A stretch of 64,000 nt of DNA from Candidatus Binatus sp. Its GTDB lineage: Bacteria > Desulfobacterota > Binatia > Binatales > Binataceae. The stretch is taken from positions 2,921 to 66,920 of the forward strand of contig NZ_JBAUYR010000097.1 of assembly GCF_049584895.1 (NCBI RefSeq). Reading direction: 5' to 3'. The notes under the pieces were generated by a model. That model made no database searches, was not told the DNA's origin, and saw only the letters and a program-made list of their open reading frames with translations. Of the stretch, positions 1 through 8,491 are shown in pieces. A program made the position numbers and the translations under genes. Each line of letters starts with the position of its first letter. Position 1 is the first letter of the stretch.

Positions 1-2708
1 CGGACCTCATTCAAAAAAGCGGTGAGCGCGTTTTCATTCAGCCACGCACGAGGCTCCGGCTCATGCGCGACGGCGGGCAAGCTCGCGGGTGCAGGCGCGG
101 GACTCATGTTGCCGAGCACGCTCTGATCACGAAGCTTAATAGTGCCGTCATCGCGAATCTCGACCGCGAACATCCTTTCGTGAATCACGTCGCCCAGCCC
201 ATCGACGACACGCGCCCGGAAGAAATCCACTCTCACTGGCGCATCTACGGCGAGCGAGTACAGGCACGCACCATCGGCGAAAGATTCACGAGCCCTATCG
301 AGGACGTGACGCCGAAGCGCCTCGAACATCGAGTGTCCCGGCGTTACCCATTCAAAGTTGTTCTTTTCGGCCGTCTCCCGATCGGTCGAGAATCGAGGAT
401 ACCGAGCGGCCAGCGCAGGCATTTTCCAATCGGGCTGGGTTTCATAACGACGCAGCGCCTGTGGAGTCGCCGCGGGATCGAACGTATGCGGCAGCGAGGG
501 CACGGGTTTAAGAGTGAACGGCACGTAAGGAGCGCCCTGACTCACGAAGCGAGCGATCGTCTCGGGAACGAGCCGATGCTCCTGCGCACGCGCGCGCCGC
601 TCGACGAGCATTTGCAGATTCAGTTTTTTCGAGGCGAGACCCTCCAGCGCGTTCTGGCAGATTGCGCGGAAGCGATCCTCGCTTACATCGCGCAGAAGGC
701 GATCTTCCAGATCCGCCTCGCCGAGGTTGCCGGCATAGTAGTCGCGCAGGATGCGTTCCATTTGAGCCGCTGGAAGAATTTCTCCCACAACATTGAAAAC
801 CGTGTCGTCCTCAAGCGCCTTGCGAATCTCGTTGAGCTTTTCAAGCAAGCGGTCGAGGATGTGTCCCTCGACCGTGTTGGTCGCGACAAAATTGAAAATC
901 AGGCAGTCACGCGTCTGCCCGTAGCGATGGATACGGCCCATCCGCTGTTCGAGCCGGTTCGGATTCCACGGAATGTCGTAATTGAACATGATGTGGCAGC
1001 ACTGAAGATTGATTCCTTCGCCGGCCGCTTCTGTAGCCACCAGCACCTGGATCGCGCCCTCCCGAAACTGCTGTTCTGCGTGGAGCCTGCTGCCCTTCAC
1101 ATCGCGTGAGCCGATTTGCATCCCGCCGTGGATGAAGCCGACCTTGAAACCCCAGTTCGCGAGCTTGAGGACAAGGTAGTCGAGCGTGTCCTTGAATTCG
1201 GTGAAAATCAGAAGCCGCTCACTCGAATCGTCGAAGAATCCTTGCTCCTTAAGGACCTCCTTGAGCTTCGCGAGCTTGGCCTCGCCTTCGGCGTCTTCCA
1301 GAGCGCCCGCACGCTTCGCGAGTTCCTCGAGATCTGCGATCTCTTCGCGGACCAGCGTAGGGTTTTGTGCAAGTGTGACTGCTTCCAGCACGCGCTCGAT
1401 GCGATCGCGCTCGGCCTCTTCCATCTCCTCCATATCTTCTGCGTCCGGCAAATCGGAAGCGGTCAGCGCAATGTCCTGCGCGCGCTTCAATCCTTCCGCT
1501 AGACGTCGCGCTCGATTTTCCAGCGAGTGCCGAAGAGCATGTGCGCTCGAAGCGAGTCGGCGCTGATAAAGAGCCATCAAGAAGCCAACGGCGCGAGCCC
1601 GCGGATCATCACCTTTCGCTGCAGCCCGAGACGATTGAGATTTCACGAAGGAGGTGACATCGCGGTACAAATCGAACTCGTCGCCATCGATGGTGAAATC
1701 TGCGGTCCGAGGATCGCGCTTGGTGAAAAGCTTTCGTGCGACCCAACTGCCGTCGGCCTGTCGCTCGGGAAAATAGACCATCGCCTCCTTGGTGCGCCGA
1801 AGATAAAAAGGCGCCACGCGTCGCGTGATGGCCTCACGAATCGACTTCACGTCTGCATAGGCATCCTGATCGAGTAGCTGAAGAAAGAGACTGAAGTTCT
1901 CCGGATCGCCCTTGTGCGGAGTCGCTGTCAACATCAGGAAATGGTCGGAGTGATCTCGCAAAAGCTCGCCGAGTGCGTAGCGCGCTGTCTTCCGAGCCGG
2001 TGGAGACCACGACATTCGGTGCGCTTCGTCGACGATGACCAGATCCCATTGGACCTGCCGCAAACCAGGCAGAATTGTCTCCCGCTTCGCGAGATCGAGT
2101 GACGTGATGATCTGGCGGTTTTCGAGCCACTGGTTAATACCGAACTGCTCGCGAATATCACCGCCCTTCAGAACGATAAACTTTTCGTCAAACTTCTCCT
2201 TGAGTTCGCGCTGCCATTGGAACGTGAGGTTTGCCGGGCACAGCACGAGAACCCGCTCTACCAGCCCGCGAAGCTTCAGCTCCCTGACGAGGAGACCCGC
2301 CATGATTGTTTTGCCCGCACCCGCATCGTCGGCCAAGAGAAATCGCACCCGCGCCAACTTGAGCAGGTAGTCGTAAACAGCTTCGAGTTGATGAGGAAGC
2401 GGATCTACACGGGAAATCGATAGACCGAAGTACGGGTCGAACTCGTAGGCGATACCGAGCATGTACGCTTGGAGTCCGAGCCGCAGGAGTTCAGAATCGC
2501 CTGCGTAAGAGCAATTCGTCTCCTGGATCGTCAACTTTTGGAGATCAGCCGCCGTCAGCGTTACGTTCCGAAAACGCTCGGACTGAACCCCTACTAGCCC
2601 GACGCTCCAAGTGTCGCCATTTACTGGCCTGACGGTTTCGACCCGCATCGGTTCGTTGAAAAGCGAACCGACCAAGACTTGGCCTTCCTGCACCGATTGA
2701 TTGCCCAC
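1..2708 (-). CDS. SNF2/Swi2-family helicase; N-terminus and core present, C-terminus runs off the window start
   Basis: Own minus-strand translation. GTG at 2708 is preceded by GGGGGAG and by in-frame TGA TGA. Motifs seen: motif I LLADDAGAGKT (~2300-2340), DEAH box LVIVDEAH (~2021-2050), and motifs V-VI EGINLQCCHIMFNYDIPWNPNRLEQRMGRIHRYGQ (~930-1020). It is absent from the ORF track because there is no stop inside the window. The + strand ORF 63..1109 is its antisense shadow. Confidence 0.9.
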   Translation of the reverse strand, partial: MGNQSVQEGQVLVGSLFNEPMRVETVRPVNGDTWSVGLVGVQSERFRNVTLTAADLQKLTIQETNCSYAGDSELLRLGLQAYMLGIAYEFDPYFGLSISRVDPLPHQLEAVYDYLLKLARVRFLLADDAGAGKTIMAGLLVRELKLRGLVERVLVLCPANLTFQWQRELKEKFDEKFIVLKGGDIREQFGINQWLENRQIITSLDLAKRETILPGLRQVQWDLVIVDEAHRMSWSPPARKTARYALGELLRDHSDHFLMLTATPHKGDPENFSLFLQLLDQDAYADVKSIREAITRRVAPFYLRRTKEAMVYFPERQADGSWVARKLFTKRDPRTADFTIDGDEFDLYRDVTSFVKSQSSRAAAKGDDPRARAVGFLMALYQRRLASSAHALRHSLENRARRLAEGLKRAQDIALTASDLPDAEDMEEMEEAERDRIERVLEAVTLAQNPTLVREEIADLEELAKRAGALEDAEGEAKLAKLKEVLKEQGFFDDSSERLLIFTEFKDTLDYLVLKLANWGFKVGFIHGGMQIGSRDVKGSRLHAEQQFREGAIQVLVATEAAGEGINLQCCHIMFNYDIPWNPNRLEQRMGRIHRYGQTRDCLIFNFVATNTVEGHILDRLLEKLNEIRKALEDDTVFNVVGEILPAAQMERILRDYYAGNLGEADLEDRLLRDVSEDRFRAICQNALEGLASKKLNLQMLVERRARAQEHRLVPETIARFVSQGAPYVPFTLKPVPSLPHTFDPAATPQALRRYETQPDWKMPALAARYPRFSTDRETAEKNNFEWVTPGHSMFEALRRHVLDRARESFADGACLYSLAVDAPVRVDFFRARVVDGLGDVIHERMFAVEIRDDGTIKLRDQSVLGNMSPAPAPASLPAVAHEPEPRAWLNENALTAFLNEV

Positions 2709-3135
2709 GACTCCCCCGAACGAGCATCATCAGACTACGACGCTCCACCCGTTCTTACAACGCGGGCACCTTCGCTCCGGCCCCTCTCGCACCCTTCAAA
2801 CCCACGTCTCAAGAGGCGGCCCTGCGCTGTGAGCCGCCCCGCGAGCAGCTCCGTAAACTCCGCGTCACGCCCTTCCCCTTACCCCTTTGCCCATGCGGCT
2901 CCGCTTCGCGCCGCTCTAAGTGGTGGCGTTCGCTGCGCTAGCACGACGCGCCAGCCCTGACGGGCCGCTTTCGCTCTGGCACGTCCTGCCGCCCGCTCCG
3001 CTCGCGCATCTAGAAATCTGCGCAGGGACCTCCAGTTCCGGTGAGAGGTCCCCGCGAAAATGTTGCGCGGGAATGAAGGCAAAACGCAGCATGCCCTGCC
3101 CGATGACGGGAAGCGGGCGAAAGGAGAACACAACG

Positions 3136-3345
3136 ATGCGACGCAGGTTCAAATGCGATCCCAAGTGGATCACCGTCCGGTATCCGGCTAGGTGCGCCGA
3201 GCCGAATTGCCAAGCACCAATCAATGCTGGCGACCGCGCCTTCTATTACCCGAGCGATCGAGCCCTCTACGGCTCCGGTTGCGGTCATGGGGAAAAGGCC
3301 GAACGCGATTTCGCCGCGCACCAAATCGACGAAGACGGCTATTGA
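3136..3345 (+). CDS. Small Cys-rich (zinc-ribbon-like) hypothetical protein, 69 aa
   Basis: ATG at 3136 with AAGGAG at 3121-3126. Sequence MRRRFKCDPKWITVRYPARCAEPNCQAPINAGD...GSGCGHG has CxxxxC and CGH motifs. It lies immediately upstream of ssb in the same orientation. Confidence 0.5.
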   Translation: MRRRFKCDPKWITVRYPARCAEPNCQAPINAGDRAFYYPSDRALYGSGCGHGEKAERDFAAHQIDEDGY

Positions 3346-3381
3346 GCGAAACCCAAGGAACAAAGAACGGAGGTTCTAATC

Positions 3382-3765
3382 ATGTCAGTCAACAAAGTGA
3401 TCGTAATCGGAAATCTTGGCGCTAACCCCCAGGTTCGGACTCTGCCGAACTCCGGTCAAAACGTGGCGAATTTCTCGCTGGCGACGACCGCGCGTTTCAA
3501 GGATCGCAACGGCGACCAGCAGAAGCGGACCGAATGGCATCGCGTGGTTGCCTTCGGGAAACTCGCGGACACCTGCCAGCAGTTTCTAGCCAAAGGCCGC
3601 CAGGTCTACGTCGAGGGACGGCTGACGACCCGCCAGTACGAGGCGAAGGACGGGAGCGGCACGCGCTATCGGACGGAGATCGTGGCGCTGCAAATGCGCT
3701 TGCTCGGGAATCGCGCGAACGGCAACGCGTCCAAGGCGCAAGCGTCCGACGATATCCCCTTCTAA
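3382..3765 (+). CDS. ssb: Single-stranded DNA-binding protein
   Basis: Starts MSVNKVIVIGNLGANPQVR...TEWHRVVAFGKLA...YVEGRLTTRQYE, a classic OB-fold SSB, and ends in the acidic tail DDIPF. GGAGG sits 7 nt upstream of the ATG. Confidence 0.93.
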   Translation: MSVNKVIVIGNLGANPQVRTLPNSGQNVANFSLATTARFKDRNGDQQKRTEWHRVVAFGKLADTCQQFLAKGRQVYVEGRLTTRQYEAKDGSGTRYRTEIVALQMRLLGNRANGNASKAQASDDIPF

Positions 3766-3778
3766 GGCTCATCAATCA

Positions 3779-3807
3779 GGAGAGAGCCGCGCAAGCGGCT
3801 CCCTCCT
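3779..3807 (+). terminator. Stem-loop after ssb (GGAGAGAGCCGC-GCAA-GCGGCTCCCTCC)
   Basis: 12-bp stem with one mismatch and a GCAA tetraloop, 14 nt after the ssb stop. There is only a weak T-rich run downstream, so it may be an attenuator rather than a full terminator. Confidence 0.4.
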
Positions 3808-3840
3808 CAAATCAACAATTTCATTTTGGAGATTACGACA

Positions 3841-4713
3841 ATGGATGTGTATGCGATTGTCACCGAAAAGATCATCAATCTACTTGAACAAGGCGTGGCG
3901 CCGTGGCGCAGACCGTGGACCACGACCGGATTGCCGCGCAATCTTGTGAGCAAGAAACCGTATCGTGGCGTCAACGTTTTCCTACTTTCTGCGTCGAAGT
4001 ACGTTTCGCCGTTTTGGTTGACCATCCGCCAAGCGAACGAACTCGGCGGCCATGTCCGCAAAGGCGAGGAATCTACCGCCGTGGTGTTTTGGAAAGTCGA
4101 AGACTTGAAGCAGCGTACGGACGACCTCGCCGACGGCGAATCCGAGGCGAACACGCGCCGGCGTTTTCTCCTCAGATTTTATCGGGTTTGGAACCTCGAA
4201 CAATGCGAGCTGCCGCAATCCGTCATCGACAAGCTTCCGAAGATCGAAACGCACGAGCACGATCCGATCGAAGCGGCCGAGCGAATCATCGCCGGAATGC
4301 CCAACCCGCCGGAAATTCAGTACGCAGGTTCAAAAGCGTTCTACAGCTCGATCACCGATCGAATCACTCTGCCGCCGCGCAGTCTCTTCGAGTCCGTCGA
4401 AGAATTTTATGCAACCCTCGATCACGAAATCATCCATGCGTGTGGTTCGCCGAAACGATTGAATCGCGAATCTGTCGCCGAGGCGGCCCCGTTTGGCTCG
4501 CCAACATACTCGCGCGAGGAAATGGTCGCGGAGCTTGGAGCGGCATTTCTTTGCGCGGAAGCTGGAATCTCAAACGCCGTCCTCCCGAATCAGGCCGCCT
4601 ATGTCTCCGGCTGGCTGAAGAAACTTCGCGACGATCGCAGGCTTCTGATTCATGCTGCCGCCCAGGCACAGCGCGCGGCGGATTATATCCTCAACCGCAC
4701 TTGCCAAGAGTAG
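3841..4713 (+). CDS. ardC: ArdC-like anti-restriction protein (N-terminal ssDNA-binding DUF1738 domain plus C-terminal zincin-like metallopeptidase domain)
   Basis: N-terminus MDVYAIVTEKIINLLEQGVAPWRRPW...KPYRGVNVFLL, then a C-terminal HEIIHA (HExxH) motif. The ATG at 3841 has GGAG upstream; the ORF track offers an alternative TTG at 3826. Confidence 0.85.
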   Translation: MDVYAIVTEKIINLLEQGVAPWRRPWTTTGLPRNLVSKKPYRGVNVFLLSASKYVSPFWLTIRQANELGGHVRKGEESTAVVFWKVEDLKQRTDDLADGESEANTRRRFLLRFYRVWNLEQCELPQSVIDKLPKIETHEHDPIEAAERIIAGMPNPPEIQYAGSKAFYSSITDRITLPPRSLFESVEEFYATLDHEIIHACGSPKRLNRESVAEAAPFGSPTYSREEMVAELGAAFLCAEAGISNAVLPNQAAYVSGWLKKLRDDRRLLIHAAAQAQRAADYILNRTCQE

Positions 4714-4721
4714 GCTGCGCG

Positions 4722-4752
4722 CGGCGCGCCCGCGCGTTGCGCGGGCGCGCCG
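4722..4752. terminator. Perfect 13-bp GC-only hairpin between convergent ardC and abiEii
   Basis: GGCGCGCCCGCGC-GTT-GCGCGGGCGCGCC at 4723-4751, followed on the + strand by GTTATTTCC. It sits in the 49-bp gap between two stop codons and is a candidate bidirectional terminator. Confidence 0.55.
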
Positions 4753-4762
4753 TTATTTCCCA

Positions 4763-5678
4763 TCACCCGTCCGAGTGAAAAAGCACATCTTCGAGTCGTG
4801 ACACCAACTCCGCACGTTTCCTCTTGGTCAATCCGCCGAGATTTTTTTCCCGCCACTTGACCGCAGGAAGGCCGGCCGCTTCTGGAAGGCCAAGCAGGGA
4901 CCAGCCCGGTTCTCCCTTCTCGAACGAAATCAAAAAACGACGATGCTCCTCGGGCATCCGTCCGACAACCAGCTCGATCATCTCCTTCTGGGCGTCAACC
5001 AGCTCGCGTAGCAACACCCGCTCGGCCGTCATCCCTTCGAACCCGTGGTTGAATTCTTTGCTGATGTCTCGCCGGGTTCCTGCCAATACCTCGAACATCG
5101 GCCGGTCGTGACTAACGAGATAGACGACATAGGCGCGTCGCAACGAATCGTCTATGCCCTCGTTTTGCAGAAGATGGTGCACATCAAAGATGTCGCGAGG
5201 ATGCTGGCGGTCGAAAGCCGCCACGATTTTTCCGCCATAGATGTCGGCGAACGAAACGACGCGCGTTTCTGCAAACCCGAAAGCCTCTTCAACGCTTGAA
5301 GAAACGGCGCGGAGTTCGGCCTGGTAGACGGAGCCACGCAGAACCGGCGTCACTTCGATCTTTATCAGCACGCCTTCGGCGCGCACCAGTAGTTTTGTCG
5401 CGATGCCTTCCGGGCGGAGCAGCTCGTGCGTCGTTCGCGACCCGCGGATCCTCTTCTTTATCCCTTGCTCGATCCGCCTCATAGCGGCGTCGATAGCAGC
5501 GAGAGATTTGAACGGGCAAATACGTCAGATCGATATCGACCGACAGACGCGGCATGTCGCGAATGAACAGATTGATGCCCGTGCCTCCCTTGAGCGCGAA
5601 GCAGTCTTCGCGCGCAACTTCGGGCAGGGCTCGCACGACGAGCGCGGCCTGCTTGCGATAGACTTCACTGAACGGCAT
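4763..5678 (-). pseudogene. abiEii: AbiEii/AbiGii-family nucleotidyltransferase toxin (type IV TA), split by a frameshift near 5500-5515
   Basis: ORF 5289..5678 encodes MPFSEVYRKQAALVVRALP...FALKGGTGINLF...RLSVDIDLTYLPV and then turns into low-complexity Arg-rich junk. ORF 4763..5482, preceded in its frame by KSLAAIDAA, continues the family sequence (MRRIEQGIKK...IYGGKIVAAFDRQHPRDIFDVHHLL). The two frames meet at GAGAGATTTGAACGGGCAA (5501-5519). Confidence 0.8.
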
Positions 5679-6504
5679 CGAGGTTTCGGGGCACCGTTAT
5701 CTGATACGCAAGATCTAGCTTGCCACCCTTCGCAAGCATGCGCTTGCCTTTGCCGAGGTCAACTGCGGCCCGATCGATCCGTTTCAACCACGCGTGCTGA
5801 TGACGGTCGGCGAAGAAGAAGAAAAGCCTTTTCACCTTTATGCTTTGACAGCGAGCCAGCAGCTTTTGGAGCTGCTGCGGACGCATATTCGAGAGCCCCT
5901 CCATCAGCTTGTCCGCGTGTTCAAAACTTTCTCGCCCCGGCAACTCATCGAGCAACTCAAGAATCGCCCGCTCGGGCGCCGACAGCGCGAGGCCCAAATC
6001 CCACTCCCCCCAAGGCTGGACGAGAAAGCCAGCGTCCGCCCCTCGGCTCGGTTGCGCCTTAACGCCCTTGATCAAGTTCGTGAACGACCTTTGATCCGCT
6101 TCGGCCGAGAAAAGCCTGCCGCTGTAGCGATAGATGAAACGGACCTTGCCCGGCAGCCTGTTGAGCCAATTTGGCGGCGGTTCCGGTCCGTAGAGGTACA
6201 CCTCTTTCATCGTTGGCCGAAGGTAGTGCGCATACCCCTGTACTTCGAGCGAGGTACGTCCGCCAACCACCAGAGGTTCTTTCAGAATCGTCTGAAGCGA
6301 GATCACGATTTGCCGCCAGGTTAAGGAGCCGCGGGGCCGCTGATAGACGCCGCGTGTCGGTTGCCGCAGCCAGCCGCTCCGCACGTAATGGCTGACGAGC
6401 TGACGGGAATAGCCGTGCCGTATGAGCCAGGACGAAGTAACGACCAGCCCCTCGGGGAGCTGCTTCTGGAGTAGGTTTAAGTGTTGGGCTCGCTGTCCAG
6501 CCAC
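5665..6504 (-). CDS. abiEi: AbiEi-family type IV antitoxin / transcriptional regulator
   Basis: GTG start at 6504. N-terminus is LPEGLVVTSSWLIRHGYSRQLVSHYVRSGWLRQPTRGVY (wHTH), followed by a C-terminal AbiEi_4-like region. It overlaps the abiEii start by 14 nt. Confidence 0.85.
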   Translation of the reverse strand: MAGQRAQHLNLLQKQLPEGLVVTSSWLIRHGYSRQLVSHYVRSGWLRQPTRGVYQRPRGSLTWRQIVISLQTILKEPLVVGGRTSLEVQGYAHYLRPTMKEVYLYGPEPPPNWLNRLPGKVRFIYRYSGRLFSAEADQRSFTNLIKGVKAQPSRGADAGFLVQPWGEWDLGLALSAPERAILELLDELPGRESFEHADKLMEGLSNMRPQQLQKLLARCQSIKVKRLFFFFADRHQHAWLKRIDRAAVDLGKGKRMLAKGGKLDLAYQITVPRNLDAVQ

Positions 6505-6599
6505 ATTTGATATATTAGCATAAGATCAAACCAACCGTCTAGTTTGGAACTTAGCCATATTATCCAATCACATTTGATAAATAAGACGTATCTCAAACC
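6502..6599 (-). promoter_or_regulatory. Two ~31-bp imperfect direct repeats, each with TTTGAT..(A/C)TCAAA half-sites, at and upstream of the abiEi start; putative AbiEi operators
   Basis: R1 is at 6502-6532 (CACATTTGATATATTAGCATAAGATCAAACC). R2 is at 6569-6599 (CACATTTGATAAATAAGACGTATCTCAAACC). They share 23/31 positions including an identical 11-mer, and lie in a conspicuously AT-rich patch. Confidence 0.5.
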
Positions 6600-6772
6600 C
6601 CTGGAGGAGCAACAACTTTCTATGGAACCAGCCTAAGTATCCACCGCGAAGCCAAAACGGCCCTACGAATGTAAGCCCCACTGAGAGGCAACTGCCGCAG
6701 CGGAATTCGCCGAAAACAACAAGAGCGCGAAGTAGAAACAACTGCGAAAACACGAGAGGTACCGCTATCCCC

Positions 6773-7147
6773 ATGCCACAAACGCCTGTGACCATTGATG
6801 ATCTGCTCGCCGATCCTTCACGCTCCGTTGGGCTAACGCGCGGAGCCATCCAGCAACTCTACATCCAGCTCGCATCACGCATCGGCACGCTCAAAGCTCT
6901 TGAAAGTGTCTTGCTATCGATGCTCCTACGCCAACCGACCGACAGTGACCCCGCCTCTCAACCTTCCGGTCAATTGCTGACCGCCCCTGAGATGGCGAAA
7001 ATCTTAAACGTTCCCGAGTCATGGGTAAGAGAACAAGCTAGGCTCGGCGAATTGCCCTCCGTAAAGTTAGGCCACTATGTCCGCTTCCGGTCGGATGAGG
7101 TGAAGGCTCTGTTCACCCGGAGCCCATCAGGAAGGCCTGCTCGATAG
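6773..7147 (+). CDS. Excisionase-family / MerR-like helix-turn-helix DNA-binding protein
   Basis: The C-terminal half, LLTAPEMAKILNVPESWVREQARLGELPSVKLGHYVRFRSDEV, matches the excisionase-type HTH pattern. Confidence 0.65.
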   Translation: MPQTPVTIDDLLADPSRSVGLTRGAIQQLYIQLASRIGTLKALESVLLSMLLRQPTDSDPASQPSGQLLTAPEMAKILNVPESWVREQARLGELPSVKLGHYVRFRSDEVKALFTRSPSGRPAR

Positions 7148-7217
7148 CGGCACACAGCCGCCCGCAATGCGTCGGGCCTTTCCAGCGGGCGCAGTCCTGA
7201 GGCCGTGCAGACACAAT

Positions 7218-7643
7218 CTAAGGACGCCGAATTTCAGAATACCCAGACTCGCGTGCGCATGGATCACAAAGGGTTTTATACCAGCGTCCCTTTTCTCGGA
7301 GCTTCGCGGGCCCGCCGCAAAGTTCACAGATTCTCGCGCTCTGTTTTTCAGCTTCGTCGATTAGCCTTGAAAACTCGTCCGTCGCAGGCATCGCATAGAA
7401 CCGCAGCGTTCCGAACTTCTCCTTGACTTGAAGTGCACGCGGCCAATCTGTTGAATCCGGCGCAGCGCCACAACGGCGTGCGCTGCGCTCCAGTTTTTCC
7501 GATAGTCGAAAGATGAGATTGAACCAACCGTCCCTGCATTCGAAGAAGAATCGCGGAGCGCTGTCGGTGGCCCTCGGGCGGTCGGCTCCACAGTATAGCA
7601 CCGGAAACGATTCGACCAGAGCTTTCGTGTTTTGAGCGTTCAT
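7218..7643 (-). CDS. Conserved hypothetical Cys-rich protein (phage/plasmid-type)
   Basis: MNAQNTKALVESFPVLY...FFFECRDGWFNLIFRLSEKLE...LQVKEKFGTLRFYA...ARICELCGGPAKL...LCDPCA. The start was chosen at the ATG at 7643. The longer ORF upstream to 7937 looks non-coding and overlaps the next gene. Confidence 0.5.
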   Translation of the reverse strand: MNAQNTKALVESFPVLYCGADRPRATDSAPRFFFECRDGWFNLIFRLSEKLERSARRCGAAPDSTDWPRALQVKEKFGTLRFYAMPATDEFSRLIDEAEKQSARICELCGGPAKLREKGRWYKTLCDPCARESGYSEIRRP

Positions 7644-7806
7644 TCGTCCGACTCGCCGACCGTATTTTTCCACGCCTCGCGGGTGGACTCCACGATAATT
7701 TCTCATGCTTTCAAGATGCTGTCTATATGCGTTTGACCTGCTAAGTCTGTGACGATAAGCTGACCTTAGAAAGAGAGGCAACCGCCAAACTTCCGGAGGC
7801 CGACCG

Positions 7807-8199
7807 ATGGTCAGATCGCACACACAAGCCGCGACCGCGTTCCACGAAGCGCGAATCTTGAGAGATGCAACAGACGAGAACGGGCGATACGAAGCTGCGA
7901 AGATCGCACATCTGCTCGACTGGACCGTAAGCGACATCGCGCGTTATCTGGATAGGGACGCCTCAACAATTTCCCGCTTTGGCGCATCGCCGGTGCACCA
8001 GGAAAAGCTCGCCGCCCTCGCTTCGTTGACGCAAGAGGTCTTCGAGATAATGCGTGAGGATCTGCGGGGAACTCGGGCGTGGTTTCGGACCCCGATCAGA
8101 GCGCTAGACGGCAAGTCCCCCCAGCAACTAATCCTGAGCGGTTACTTCCGTAGAGTCTTCGGTCTTATCGAAGAATCCCGAAGCGGCTTGGCCTTCTAG
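7807..8199 (+). CDS. Xre/MbcA/ParS-family antitoxin (DUF2384 C-terminal toxin-binding domain)
   Basis: An HTH-like segment (IAHLLDWTVSDIARYLDRDASTISRF) is followed by TRAWFRTPIRALDGKSPQQLI, the signature of DUF2384 antitoxins. Confidence 0.6.
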   Translation: MVRSHTQAATAFHEARILRDATDENGRYEAAKIAHLLDWTVSDIARYLDRDASTISRFGASPVHQEKLAALASLTQEVFEIMREDLRGTRAWFRTPIRALDGKSPQQLILSGYFRRVFGLIEESRSGLAF

Positions 8200-8245
8200 G
8201 GGGCCCTGTTCAACCCCTCGCAATTGAGATAACCTTACAGACACG

Positions 8246-8479
8246 ATGAGTTCTTTCTACACAAGGGAATCTCGATCACACCCGCAGGCCGAAACGGAAG
8301 AGCGCCGGGCTGAGGACGGGCGTACGTTCGCCACGTTGTTCTCACATTCCGGTGCTCTTTGGTTTACGGAAATTGCCAATCGTGCGATCCAGGGCGCCAA
8401 AGCGCGTCTCCGAGCGTTCGGCATAGATCCCGAGGATCCTTCCTCAGAAGACGAGGATCCGAGATACCGTCTGAGCTAG
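8246..8479 (+). CDS. Small acidic hypothetical protein (77 aa), possible antitoxin of the downstream kinase
   Basis: Open frame with an acidic C-terminus (DPEDPSSEDEDPRY). It ends in a TAG that is in the same frame as, and 12 nt before, the next ORF. Coding status is uncertain. Confidence 0.3.
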   Translation: MSSFYTRESRSHPQAETEERRAEDGRTFATLFSHSGALWFTEIANRAIQGAKARLRAFGIDPEDPSSEDEDPRYRLS

Positions 8480-8491
8480 CGTCTTTCTCTC

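Noticed and set aside
63-1109. 348-aa + strand ORF, and several other long ORFs in the track (for example 21339..23009, 54395..55237, 34522..35544, 26920..27732, 49176..50189)
   Set aside because: They are Arg/Ala/Gly-rich antisense or out-of-frame shadows of clearly recognisable genes, as expected in high-GC DNA. No motifs were seen.
2977-2993. TGGCACGTCCTGCC in the helicase/ssb intergenic region
   Set aside because: The -24 box is perfect, but the downstream GC is 2 nt too close and there is no TTGC. This is probably chance in GC-rich DNA.
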